Below, one piece after another: positions 1-12,518 of a stretch of DNA of 64,000 nt. The stretch comes from Phoronis australis. Its lineage: Eukaryota > Animalia > Phoronida. A program made the translations under genes and the position numbers. The stretch covers positions 124,001 through 188,000 of the forward strand of contig NMRA01000480.1 of NCBI GenBank assembly GCA_002633005.1, read 5' to 3'. The notes under the pieces were generated by a model. It saw only the letters and a list, made by a program, of their open reading frames with translations. It did no database searches and was not told where the DNA came from. Each line of letters begins with the position of its first letter. Position 1 is the stretch's first letter.

Positions 1-1276
1 CTTTGGAATGTCTCAGAAATGGCTTATGGGATTTCTTTGAAACTTTCAGATACTATGCTTCTTTCACAAGATTTTATCTGCAATTGCTTTTAAAATTTTC
101 TGTTTGACACAAGGGGTTATCAAAATGAGACTTGTATGGTGTACATAAAAAAACTCAAAAGTTGCATGGAACAGAAATTAAATGATAATTTAGAAAACTG
201 TAACAAGCAATTTTCAGATTTTATTTTCAACATATATGTTAAATGAAGTTGGTCCAACATTATTGGTACCATTGTTTTGCTATCAATGTACCTTCATTTG
301 TTCTTACATTGTTAGTGAGTACTTCCTAATATCGCCATGCAAATGAATCCTCCTGTGTTTTCACTATGGTTTGGACTACACAAGTTAACTAATAAAAGCT
401 CTTACATTTTTGCTTTTTGATATACCGTAAACGTTCGGGTTAACGCCCTGGGAGGTTAAATTGGCAAACCCAAAAATTCAGAGATGGGCGTGAAATTTCC
501 AGAAATCGTGGGTGAGTGGTTGACTGAACGTGGGCGCTTATTAAGACAGACAACTGCCCTAGGCAGTTAATGTTACCTCATGATCAGATTCAGAGTTCCA
601 CACAACACACGTAGTCGGAACGCGTAGAGCTTTTCAAAGAGCTTTATCGTCAAGTCACCAAATCTTAATGTTGCTAATAATGTCATAACAGCGGATGATC
701 CAATCAAATGCTTTTTGCGCTCAGGTCAGTCATTCACAGCTAAATTTACAAAATTGTTGAATAATATCCCCGTGCCGTCCTGCGATTTTATCAGAGCTGT
801 AGTGCGCAGATGACCAGTGACAAAAACTTGGATTGCAACTATTCTCACGCGATGATGCTGCAGAAGTGCGTGTGTGCAAACTTCTCTTGTTGCAGAGGTC
901 ACAGCAGACATCACATTTATGGTGCTCGCTGTCAAGTTCCGAGTCAGACCAGTTTTAAAATTAGATGTGATAAAAGTAATAAAAGTTGTTTGGGATGTTC
1001 ATGTTCGAGACTCGGTGACTTAGTGAGTGACATTTTCAACGTATGGTCCTGCGGCTAGCTGTTTTATCTCGAGCGCCCGGCGTTGCTCACTTCCAGTTGT
1101 GTGAAACATGCCACGCAAAGAAGAAGAGAGGGGGGGGGGCAAGTGGACATGAGCCAAAAGTTACCACAAAGACATTACTCAAAAACAAGCATTTCTAGTG
1201 TGCGCTTACAGTAGAGTCCGAGGAAAAAATTACTAGTTCGTACACGTATCTGCATTGGTAAAAATAATTTGTAGAT

Positions 1277-4200
1277 TGTCACGTTTTTCCCCGTGTGTGG
1301 GTGGGCGCAGGTTGTTACAGACCGGTGCTAATAGCTTTCGGTGCGAAGATTGACTGAAGACTGGTTCGAGTTAATCCTTTATTAATCCCGACCGTACGTT
1401 CATAAGCCTACTCAAACAAAACGTCCGACGTAATGTCTGTTTATGCTCCAGCCAGTGCTGCGAAGCCTTGACTTGTGATGAACTTCTGAGACACATTCAG
1501 CAACTGTTACACTCGTCGATTCAATAACCTGCTGTCTCTATAGCTGGCTCTCTATTGACTATCGCTGTAACTGCTGATTCTCTTCACTGCAACTCAACTG
1601 TAGTTCTCCTGATTAACTTTCTTGAACTCACCGATTAACTGACTTGATCTCCGGACTTGATCTCCTTGGACTCAACTGACTTAATCTGCCTAACACAAAC
1701 CCTTGCTTGTGTATTTATAGCCTAATGCATTGTTCTGGAACTTTTCATCAATTCAAGCACATTCTAGAACTTTGCTGAATCTACCCAATCATTCTACAAA
1801 CATATACTAGTCTCTAGAATATTCCAGACTGCATTAATCACCGTCATGCTAGAGTCTTCCAGAAAGTTCACACTACTGTAGTAAACAAATTACATCATCA
1901 CTGTTCTGACCTCAGTCTTCTAGAAAGTTCCACACTATTTTGTAGTACAGAAATTACATCATCACTGTACTTAACTCAGGGGTCATGCCAATCAAACATA
2001 ATAACAAAACAAAACAATACCGTAATCGTTCGGGTTAACGCCAATACTCTGTTAACCGCCCATCCCCGACTTTAAGTGGATTTTCGATTTAACCGCCCAC
2101 TGCTCGGTTAAGCGCCCCCCCTGCGATTTTTGAAGATTTCCAGTTCAGCGCCCACCTCTCGGTTAAGCGCCCATCCTCGACTTTTAAAGAATGAAGATTT
2201 CGCGCCTAGTGCTAAGGAAACGCGCGATTTCCTGACTTTTAGAAAAAGATCATGATCACAACGAGTGCAACGACGCTGGGACTCCGAGACGGTGGTTTAG
2301 CAATCTGAATTACAATACAGGTAACGAGTTATTGTCTTGGGTCATGCACTCACTTCAAAATATAATACTTGAACCTTTTTGTCACTTTATTTTCTTCCCT
2401 TGTTTGCGTCAAAACCTCTGCTTTCAGTGACTTTGTCTGCCGCGCTGAGTTTCCGTCTGCAGTGCACTAGATAAAACATATGTTCAAAAAATCAGGCCAG
2501 AGAAATGTGACAGTGGTTTTGCCAACCCTCCAAATTCTACTAAGGTGGGAAGCTCTCGTATTTTAAACAACTCTCACAACTCACGGAAAGATGTCAAATT
2601 CTCAATATTTTGATGAATATAACTGCCGGGTTATAGAGGATGTGGGGCGACCGAAGGGACAGAACAAGTGCCTTACTGGGTTACCGATTTCGTTGCTGCC
2701 TGTCGATTTCTGAATTCAAACATTGGCAATAACGTTTTTTTGTGTATGATCTTGAAGTAATAAAAAACGGCTAGTCAAATTTTGTTTTTCGCTTATTGCA
2801 TCTCAGTCAAACTGGTTAGCAGATTTAACTAATGTCGCTGGCTGTTCTTTATTATTTCTTGCGTCAGCCCCCACGTAAGCGTGACTGTGTGAATTATCGT
2901 TTCCACATCCCCTGTTTAGCCATCCAGAATAATTTTGTTTATACATTGGCCATTTTCAGCCTGAACAAAAATTCTTACCATTCGAGGCTGAAATATCTAA
3001 GACGTAGACTGCTTGACGATAGTGGCTAGGAGATTCACGCAGCTAGTTACAGGGATGGGCTTAGGGAGCATCGAGCTGGGAAATATGGGAATAGACTTGA
3101 CATAGCAGTTTTGGGGAACATTAGCAACGGAGGAATATCGTAAAGAACTGGGTCTTTCGTAACAACAGCTTAAAAGTACATAGTCACGCCCGTTTTTGTT
3201 ACTTCGGACTGTCGCTATTTGTGACTGATTTGTAGTGGTGCACTGTAATAGATTATGTATTACGACCGCTAGATGGCGTGTTGTTTGATGTACACTCTCC
3301 TCTGTCTGAAAAATAGATATGAAGTGACCTCCTAAAAAGGTGGCTGTTGTGTGTCTTATAAGAACGGACTCGAATCGAATCGGGAATCATCAACATTAAC
3401 ATGCACGTGCGCAAGTTCCCACACTTTGGAGTGCATGTTACCTTGACACCAACATGTGATTGACAGGTGACTCACACGTAGGCCCTTCGTGCGTGCTGAC
3501 TACCGCCACTATGTTTGGCCATAAAAAACGAGATGCATATTGAAAGAGGCAGTTATATTACTTGACGGCATTTCCAAGTCACGATTGCCCGCCGACTGAG
3601 ACATTGCGCGCTAACAGCGGGACCGAACAGTGCCGCAGTGCGATATTACAAGTAATATAAATAGGATAATCTGGACATCTTGCATGAAAAATAAATGTTT
3701 TTCCACCTCGAAGTTTGGTAAGGTGATCGTTTAGAATAATGAATTGAAACATTGCTGTTTTCTGACATTTTGTAACATTTTATGCAGTTGCATGAAATTT
3801 TATTCTTGATCGACGACTAGCTCGACCACCCCCGATCCTTGTCTTACTTCTTTGCATAGCATGTTTGGCGCAACGGCAAGAGAGCAATGCCGGGTTGTTG
3901 AGATAAGACAGCTAGCCGCAGAACCATACGCTGAAAATGTCATTGAGTCACGGAGTGTCGACTATAACATCCCAAACACAAAAAACAGCAGAGTTAAGTT
4001 TTTCAAACTTTTATTTCAACCAATTTTAAAACTGCTGTCTGACTCAGAACTTGACAGCTACATATAGTACGAGACTGTAACCATAAATTTGATGTCTGAC
4101 CTCTGCAACACGTGAAGCTTGCACGCGCGCACTTAAGCAGGGTCACATCTTGAAACAGTTTTAATTCTAGTGGAGGCTGCGTGGTCACTGGTCGTCTGCG

Positions 4201-4634
4201 TACGGCAAGTCGGCACGCGGCTATTACTCAGCAATTTTGTAAATTTAATAGTGAATGACTAATCTGAGGGCAAGAGAACCTTTGTTGGGATCATCCGCTG
4301 TTATGACGTTTTCACAGTCATTTGGCGACGTGACGATAAAACTCTTTGAAAAGGGCTACGCGCTCCGAGTATGATTGTCGTGTCGGGATTTAGATCGCCA
4401 GGTAAGATTAACCACGCAGGGCGGTTGTCTGTCGTAATAAGCGCCCATGATTGGTTAACCGCCCACGATCGGTTAACCGCCCATCCCCTACTTAAGGTGG
4501 ATTTTCGATTTAACCGCCCACTGCTCGGTTAACCGCCCTCCCCCGATTTTTTGGATTCGCCAATTTAACCGCCCAGGGCATTAACACGAACGATTACGGT
4601 ACAACTAAAAATACTGTCAGACCATATTCTGACA
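1277..4634 (-). mobile_element. Solo LTR of the Gypsy/Gmr1-like family at 30347-33213, split by a Tc2-like element
   Basis: 1277-2019 plus 4600-4634 is the reverse complement of LTR 30347-31118 (TGTCA...TGACA ends); TSD is not clean. Confidence 0.9.
2020..4599 (+). mobile_element. Non-autonomous Tc2/pogo-like DNA transposon, copy B
   Basis: TIRs CCGTAATCGTTC...GAACGATTACGG; TA duplication confirmed against the uninterrupted LTR (aaaacaa-TA-caactaaaa); repeated subterminal TTAACCGCCCA motifs. Confidence 0.92.
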
Positions 4635-7430
4635 GATGAAGCCCCTGTTATTCGGGTAACCGGCACCCATGGTTTTTGCGGGACTTTGCGCTTGGCGTAA
4701 CGAACTGTAAGTCACATTGGCGACCTGAAATTTGGAAACCCGAGCCGAGATTATGATGGTTTTGTATCAAGTCGCAACATGCTGCCTGGAAATTCCCAGG
4801 TACGCGAGCCGGGTTTTTGGCGTAGGTACCTGGCAAACATAAAGCAACTCGTGTGAATCCGGCCTTTAGGTGTTGCCAAGTTAAGCTGAACACCTCGACA
4901 ACAAACAGCCCTCTCATTGACTTGTAAACATATCGCGTGAACATGGCGGGAATGTAATTCAGAATCTATCTTTGACGTGTTTCATTGGCTAACATTTCGG
5001 TTACTTGTGCAATTTTTCGGACACGCCGAAGAAAATTTCGACGAACAGCATAAATATGTGATAAACGTCACAAAACAGTGATGTTTCTATTCATTCTTAA
5101 ACGATCAGCTTACCAAACTTTGTGGTGGAAAAACACATTTATTTTACTCGCAATATGTACAGATTATCCTATTATATCACCAACAATGTCGCACTGTGGC
5201 ATTGGTTGGTCCCACTGTTCACGCGCAATACGCCGGCAGACAATCTTGACTTGGAAATGGCGTCAAGTAATATAACGGCTTCTCTTTTTTGTGGCAAGAG
5301 ACAACGGCTGGCCTCAGTCAGTACGCTCATATGCATGAGTCACCTGTCAATCACATATGTTGTCAAGGTAACATGCAATCCATAGTGTGGGAACTTACAG
5401 GTGTGCACCACTTCACCAAACGAGTAAACCGACGTGACTGTTTCTGTACTTTTAAGCTGTTGTTATAAAAGACCCACTGTTTTTCGATATTCCTCCGTTC
5501 CAATGACCCAAAACTGCGATGTCATGTCTGGTCCAATATTTCCTGACTCGATGAGGCCATTCCCATAACTAACTGCATGCACATCATTACCACTGCCGCC
5601 AATTTTCAGTCAATCTACGTCATAGATATCTTAAACTTGAATGGTAAGAATTCTGTTTAGACTCGGTGAAACTGGCCAATTAAGAAACAAAAATATTCGG
5701 GAAGCTAAAAAGGGTATGTGGAATACGACAATTCACACAGTCACACCTAGGCGGGAGTTCTCGCAAGAAATCGTATTACAAAAGCCTCCAGTGACTATGG
5801 CGAAATCTGCTAACGCCAGTTTGACTGAGATGCAATAAGCGAAAAACAACACTTGACTTGCAGTTTTTTTATTACTTCAAGATGATACACAAACATCCTG
5901 TAACGTATTGCCAACCTTTGAATTCAGAAATCGTTAACCCTGTCTCTTCGGTCGCCAAACGTCCTTGATAACCTGGCAATTACATTCATCAAAATAAGGA
6001 GAATTTGACATCTTTCCATGAGTTATGGAAATTATTCAAAATATGAGAGCTTCCCACCTAAAGCAAATTAGAAAGGATGGCAAAACAACTTCCACATTTC
6101 TCTGGCATGATTTTTTCGAATATATGTTTTATCTAGTGCACTGCAGATGGAAACTCAGCCCGGTAGACCGCGTCACTAAAAGCGGAGGTATAGATGCCGT
6201 CATGGTTCTTACACATGAGAAGAAAATAAAGTGACAAAAAGGTTCAAATATTATATTTTGAAGTAAATCCATGACCCTGGACAATAATTCGTTACTTGTA
6301 CTATAATTCACATGGCCAAATCGCCGGCTCGGAGGCCATCGTTGCACTCCTTGTGATCATCATTCAGGGAATCGCGCGTTTCCTTAGCACTGGGCACTAA
6401 ATCTTCAATCTCTAAGTCGGGTGCTTAAACGAGAGGTGGGCGCTTAACTGGAAATCTTCAAAAATCGCAGAGGGGAGGTTAACCGAACCCTAAAGTTGGG
6501 TATGGGCGGTTAAGTGAACATGAGCGTTAACTCGAACATTTACGGTATCCTGACCATCTGTTGTTGAATGGTCAACTTGCTTAAGCCATAGAAGTGCTTG
6601 ATATTGATTTCTGTGCATATCATTCAATGATGTTTTCTTCTCTTCAATGATGCTTTTAGTGAGCAAGATATCAGTTCAATCAATATTCTTTTTGCCTTAT
6701 AGCTCCCTTGATTGCAGTGCTAATCACTGGCTCTAGTTATATGGTCTGATTGCCATAGTGTGACTTGGGAATTTAGGGTGAAACTTGCAGGTCTTTTGTA
6801 CTAGTTGCTATAAAAAGCACAGGCTATATTAGGTACACATGTCACTCCATTTTCTATGGTGCTAGCGCACTGCTTGACTATGTCAAACAGATACTACTGT
6901 TTTGTTATCTTACCATGGCTGGTTATATCCAGTTTGAACATGACTTACAATACTACATTACTTGACCATGAGATGATAAGGTGGGATAAACAAATATCTT
7001 ACTGGCCCCTACTTGGCAGATTGTTTTGTTGTTTCATGCCTAAATTGTGAGTAGGGCTATTGGCCTCAATTAAAAATCAGTCCAAGTTCCTTTCCATTTG
7101 ACTAAAAAATTCCTATCAAATTTAAAAAATGCCTCTCTAGCTTAGTACCACCTTCAACTCACCAGACCGTCATCATCGGAAGGTTTCATCAATGAGCTAT
7201 ACCAGGTATAGCTCATTGGTTTCATTAAGCGAAAAGTCAGCACCTCACAGTGGGTCTTTGGTGGCAAGAATAGCATCTAGAATATTTGAACTACAAGTGT
7301 TGGGATGATCATGTGGTGTCATGGGATTTCTCAGTTCACTACTTGGCTCCCCTAACTTAGGCAAGTCTAAATCCAAGAGAAAAATAGTACATGAAAGCAG
7401 GAATAAAGGCCGCAGTTTTGTCTACTATAG

Positions 7431-7493
7431 GCAGTGAGGGGGTTGTGGTATATGGCAGTGAGGGGGGTAGTGGTATATGGCAGTGAGGGGTAG
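7431..7493. repeat. Short ~25-bp tandem repeat (ggcagtgaggggggtagtggtatat) ending at an N
   Basis: About 2.5 copies; n at 7494. Confidence 0.75.
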
Positions 7494-7494
7494 N

Positions 7495-9561
7495 GCCTGT
7501 TTAGTGTTGTTGGGTTAACACTGTGTTATAGGCACATCTTGCCTGTTTAGTGTTGTTGGGTTAACACTGTGTTATAGGCACATCTTGCCTGTTTAGTGTT
7601 GTTGGGTTAACACTGTGTTATAGGCACATCTTGCCTGTTTAGTGTTGTTGGGTTAACACTGTGTTATAGGCACATCTTGCCTGTTTAGTGTTGTTGGGTT
7701 AACACTGTGTTATAGGCACATCTTGCCTGTTTAGTGTTGTTGGGTTAACACTGTGTTATAGGCACATCTTGCCTGTTTAGTGTTGTTGGGTTAACACTGT
7801 GTTATAGGCACATCTTGCCTGTTTAGTGTTGTTGGGTTAACACTGTGTTATAGGCACATCTTGCCTGTTTAGTGTTGTTGGGTTAACACTGTGTTATAGG
7901 CACATCTTGCCTGTTTAGTGTTGTTGGGTTAACACTGTGTTATAGGCACATCTTGCCTGTTTAGTGTTGTTGGGTTAACACTGTGTTATAGGCACATCTT
8001 GCCTGTTTAGTGTTGTTGGGTTAACACTGTGTTATAGGCACATCTTGCCTGTTTAGTGTTGTTGGGTTAACACTGTGTTATAGGCACATCTTGCCTGTTT
8101 AGTGTTGTTGGGTTAACACTGTGTTATAGGCACATCTTGCCTGTTTAGTGTTGTTGGGTTAACACTGTGTTATAGGCACATCTTGCCTGTTTAGTGTTGT
8201 TGGGTTAACACTGTGTTATAGGCACATCTTGCCTGTTTAGTGTTGTTGGGTTAACACTGTGTTATAGGCACATCTTGCCTGTTTAGTGTTGTTGGGTTAA
8301 CACTGTGTTATAGGCACATCTTGCCTGTTTAGTGTTGTTGGGTTAACACTGTGTTATAGGCACATCTTGCCTGTTTAGTGTTGTTGGGTTAACACTGTGT
8401 TATAGGCACATCTTGCCTGTTTAGTGTTGTTGGGTTAACACTGTGTTATAGGCACATCTTGCCTGTTTAGTGTTGTTGGGTTAACACTGTGTTATAGGCA
8501 CATCTTGCCTGTTTAGTGTTGTTGGGTTAACACTGTGTTATAGGCACATCTTGCCTGTTTAGTGTTGTTGGGTTAACACTGTGTTATAGGCACATCTTGC
8601 CTGTTTAGTGTTGTTGGGTTAACACTGTGTTATAGGCACATCTTGCCTGTTTAGTGTTGTTGGGTTAACACTGTGTTATAGGCACATCTTGCCTGTTTAG
8701 TGTTGTTGGGTTAACACTGTGTTATAGGCACATCTTGCCTGTTTAGTGTTGTTGGGTTAACACTGTGTTATAGGCACATCTTGCCTGTTTAGTGTTGTTG
8801 GGTTAACACTGTGTTATAGGCACATCTTGCCTGTTTAGTGTTGTTGGGTTAACACTGTGTTATAGGCACATCTTGCCTGTTTAGTGTTGTTGGGTTAACA
8901 CTGTGTTATAGGCACATCTTGCCTGTTTAGTGTTGTTGGGTTAACACTGTGTTATAGGCACATCTTGCCTGTTTAGTGTTGTTGGGTTAACACTGTGTTA
9001 TAGGCACATCTTGCCTGTTTAGTGTTGTTGGGTTAACACTGTGTTATAGGCACATCTTGCCTGTTTAGTGTTGTTGGGTTAACACTGTGTTATAGGCACA
9101 TCTTGCCTGTTTAGTGTTGTTGGGTTAACACTGTGTTATAGGCACATCTTGCCTGTTTAGTGTTGTTGGGTTAACACTGTGTTATAGGCACATCTTGCCT
9201 GTTTAGTGTTGTTGGGTTAACACTGTGTTATAGGCACATCTTGCCTGTTTAGTGTTGTTGGGTTAACACTGTGTTATAGGCACATCTTGCCTGTTTAGTG
9301 TTGTTGGGTTAACACTGTGTTATAGGCACATCTTGCCTGTTTAGTGTTGTTGGGTTAACACTGTGTTATAGGCACATCTTGCCTGTTTAGTGTTGTTGGG
9401 TTAACACTGTGTTATAGGCACATCTTGCCTGTTTAGTGTTGTTGGGTTAACACTGTGTTATAGGCACATCTTGCCTGTTTAGTGTTGTTGGGTTAACACT
9501 GTGTTATAGGCACATCTTGCCTGTTTAGGGTTGTTGGGTTAACACTGTGTTATAGGCACAT
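7495..9561. repeat. 46-bp tandem repeat, about 45 near-identical copies
   Basis: Unit GCCTGTTTAGTGTTGTTGGGTTAACACTGTGTTATAGGCACATCTT repeated with no spacers; one variant seen in the last copy. Confidence 0.98.
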
Positions 9562-10764
9562 TCTAAAAACCATTTGGAATAAAACTGACTTTCATCATGG
9601 AAAAGTTATGAGCAACGTCCCTTATATCTTGTAGACTGCGTTCTTTGTGACTAACACAAATTGTGCATAAAGGCGATAACACTTTAATTGTCTAATGTTG
9701 GTCGATTGCTCTAAAATGTTTCCATAGTAACGGTTGATTGTGTGCTGTTGTGGCTGATGATTAATTTTCTTAGTTTAACTTGTTCATAAGTTGTTCATGA
9801 AGGGTTCCATACTGTTAATTCCATCTTATTCTTGTTGTATTCTAAGAATATTACAGCCACAGATGTGGCTGATTAAACCGTAAAGTAAGCCTTATGGTTT
9901 GGCCTCTAAACAGTCTTCACATATTTAGTGTACAATAAAGTGAGGTATTTTGGCGAAAAAGTTTCCAGGAAAACCAGGTTGGTTTGTACGGTATTATGTA
10001 GATGTCATAAATAGAGAATCCTATACTCGTCTCCGGTTTATGACATGGGCAAAACCTCTCGGAAGTTCTTCAAAATCTTGAGTTTTGCCTTAAAAATGAT
10101 ATTTTTTGCTAAAAACTTGATGTGTTCAAAACTTTCAAACACATGACACACGCTTTGTAAAAACATGCTTAATGTAAAGTAAACTCAGTTACTTTTTTGT
10201 TGATAGTTTTATTTCAAACTTAACAATTAATTGTAAATTGCATTCAGCTTTCGTAACTAGTGTTCAAGTTGGAATCTAATAAATAGTCTTTGAAGTTGTA
10301 ATACCAGAACTTATAAATAATATTTAGCAGGGCTTTCCCACGCGTGAGCACTGAATAGATCTTGAGGCAACAAAGCTTGACAGTCTCACCGCATTTCTTG
10401 AGTTGGGTTGCGTCACTGTTTCAATTAAAGTCGATATGGAATTTGCTGCTGAAGGTGGATCAGTTTTTGAAGTTGTTTGCATGTCCTGACTCGCGTACAG
10501 TTGTGACACCAGATTTGTTAAACAAAATCTTGTTACCTTCACTGGAAGTCTGGCATTGTTTGGTTGTTGGTGGTATTAGTGGTTTGCAGAGGATGAAATG
10601 TAAGGCGTATGCATTTCTACTCGGCACTACTTTGTGATTCAACCATGTAATTTCAAAAGAATTAGTGTTATCCAGTCCTGTTGTAACACCTTCCAGATGA
10701 TGTCATAAATTAACATCTGACAGTTCTCTTAATTTGCAGCAAGTTAATCAGCCTTTGAAAATAG

Positions 10765-10912
10765 AAAACAACATTTTGGCAACAACAACAAAACAACATT
10801 TTGGCAACAACAACAAAACAACATTTTGGCAACAACAACAAAACAACATTTTGGCAACAACAACAAAACAACAACAAAACAACATTTTGGCAACAACAAC
10901 AAAACAACATTT
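10765..10912. repeat. 25-bp minisatellite (aaaacaacattttggcaacaacaac), about 6 copies
   Basis: Direct inspection; explains the repetitive ORFs at 10710-11013. Confidence 0.9.
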
Positions 10913-12385
10913 TGACTATTGTGCTCAATAAAAGTAGAATTACAGTGTGCCATTTTTTCACCCATATTTCTAGTCAAGGTTTCATAAAATCCACCATTCT
11001 CAAAACCGGCTGAATATCACTTACAAAATTAATTTAATTTGTTAAAAATGTAATGTTCGAAAAATATTGTGAGACTGCTGATAAAACAGTTGTTTTACTG
11101 TTATTTTGTACTTAGTGTTGTAATGTTTACACATTAACTCAAGTTGTAGTGTGCATCTCTATGTGTCTGCCAACACAACTTGTAGTGTGCATCTCTATGT
11201 GTCTGCCAACACCCATTGTGTCAACTAACTGGTGTGTTTAACAATATAGCAAAATAAATGGACATGTAACAGGCACCTATACATCATGAGCTGCTGTTTC
11301 ATAAATTCACATTTCTCATCTTATTTCAACATTCTAACTATTGGTCAGTTTCTAAGGTGTGTTTCTTGGAAATTCTTGGCATTTTGTGATTGATTAGTGT
11401 AATACATTGGGTTGGTGGTATACATTGTGCATAAAGTATATTGGGTTGGTGTCCTGGTATACATGTGCATACAGTTAGCATCTCTCATTGTTCACTGTAA
11501 ACCCTTTCATACAACTGGAGCATTGGTGTAAACTGAAAATTGATTAAACCTTTCAGGTCCGCTTGACTAGTTAGCAGGCGCAGACTTTATCGCAATTTGA
11601 TGTGTGCTTCATTGAAGTTATCGTAAGATGGCGCTGTAAAATCATTGTGCAGGCATCTTGTGTTTAATTTAAATTATGGTTTATCAAATGGTTGAATAAT
11701 TTATGGAGTGGTGAATTTTTGAAGAAATATTATGTAATGCCTCAACATGTACATTGTTGACAGCGCCACCTGTCAAAAACTTTGATGACATGGTGATGCT
11801 CCATTGTTATGTACACATAGTATTTATTGCCAGATGAACTTGTGTTCTTAACTTGGATGCAAATGGAAAGTTTGCCATTCACATCGCATTGACATTGCTA
11901 TAAAGGGCATTTATGATTTTTTCTGAATTCTTTCATAAAACTTTGTGATTTACATTATTAGAGTTGGCGCCATTTGTGTAACAAGTACAGAACTTCCTTT
12001 GGTATCATATTATCACCATAAACCATTATACTGTCGCAGCCTATGAGCTTTTACTGAGTGCTTTTCTGGGATGTGTTACCTGCCATGCTTGATGTGTCAG
12101 AATACTTTGCCAGCAATGCTCCTTTCTTCTGATTCCAGCGCCCCCGGTGGTAAGACGGGTGGCCAAAGAACACGCGGCACTAATGCAGGTTCAACCTTAC
12201 CCACAGATGGACACACATGCAAATAGACACATAAACAGATGTGCAGACACACATCCATAGTCACACACTGGCATACTGTCACTAAGAGATCAACAGTCCC
12301 CCCCGGGACACAATGGCAGTCCATGCTCCAATGACTGCTGATGTACATCAAACAAACCTTGCATCCTTCAATTATATTTCTCCAG

Positions 12386-12518
12386 GCTGAAGGTGCTTCA
12401 ACTGTCTGATGGGATCGACAACCCCGGAATGGTTAAATGGGATCTGGCCCTATGTCTTCTACTGGCTTGGATCGTTGTGTACTTCTGCATATGGAAGGGA
12501 ATTAAAACGTCTGGAAAG
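12386..12518 (+). CDS. SLC6 exon (EL2 end to TM4): [44 protein letters not shown]
   Basis: Acceptor ttctccag, donor gtgatt, 133 nt; WKGxKxSGK motif. Confidence 0.95.

Larger units (their letters stand above)
425..6545 (-). mobile_element. Non-autonomous Tc1/mariner-superfamily (Tc2/pogo-like) DNA transposon, copy A, carrying nested insertions
   Basis: TA-CCGTAAACGTTCGGGTTAACGC ... GCGTTAACTCGAACATTTACGG-TA terminal inverted repeats; interior homologous, in reverse orientation, to the copies at 2020-4599 and 27123-28921. Confidence 0.85.

Noticed and set aside
7495-9561. Palindromic 46-bp repeat array as a CRISPR array
   Set aside because: Units are contiguous with no unique spacers, there are no cas genes, and the context is a eukaryotic intron
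10710-11013. Overlapping Q/N/T- or C/L-rich ORFs
   Set aside because: They are translations of a 25-bp minisatellite
1-12385. Upstream SLC6 exons (TM1-TM3, EL2 with the LPW..C...WN motif)
   Set aside because: No matching peptide with splice sites was found by eye; presumably upstream of the window
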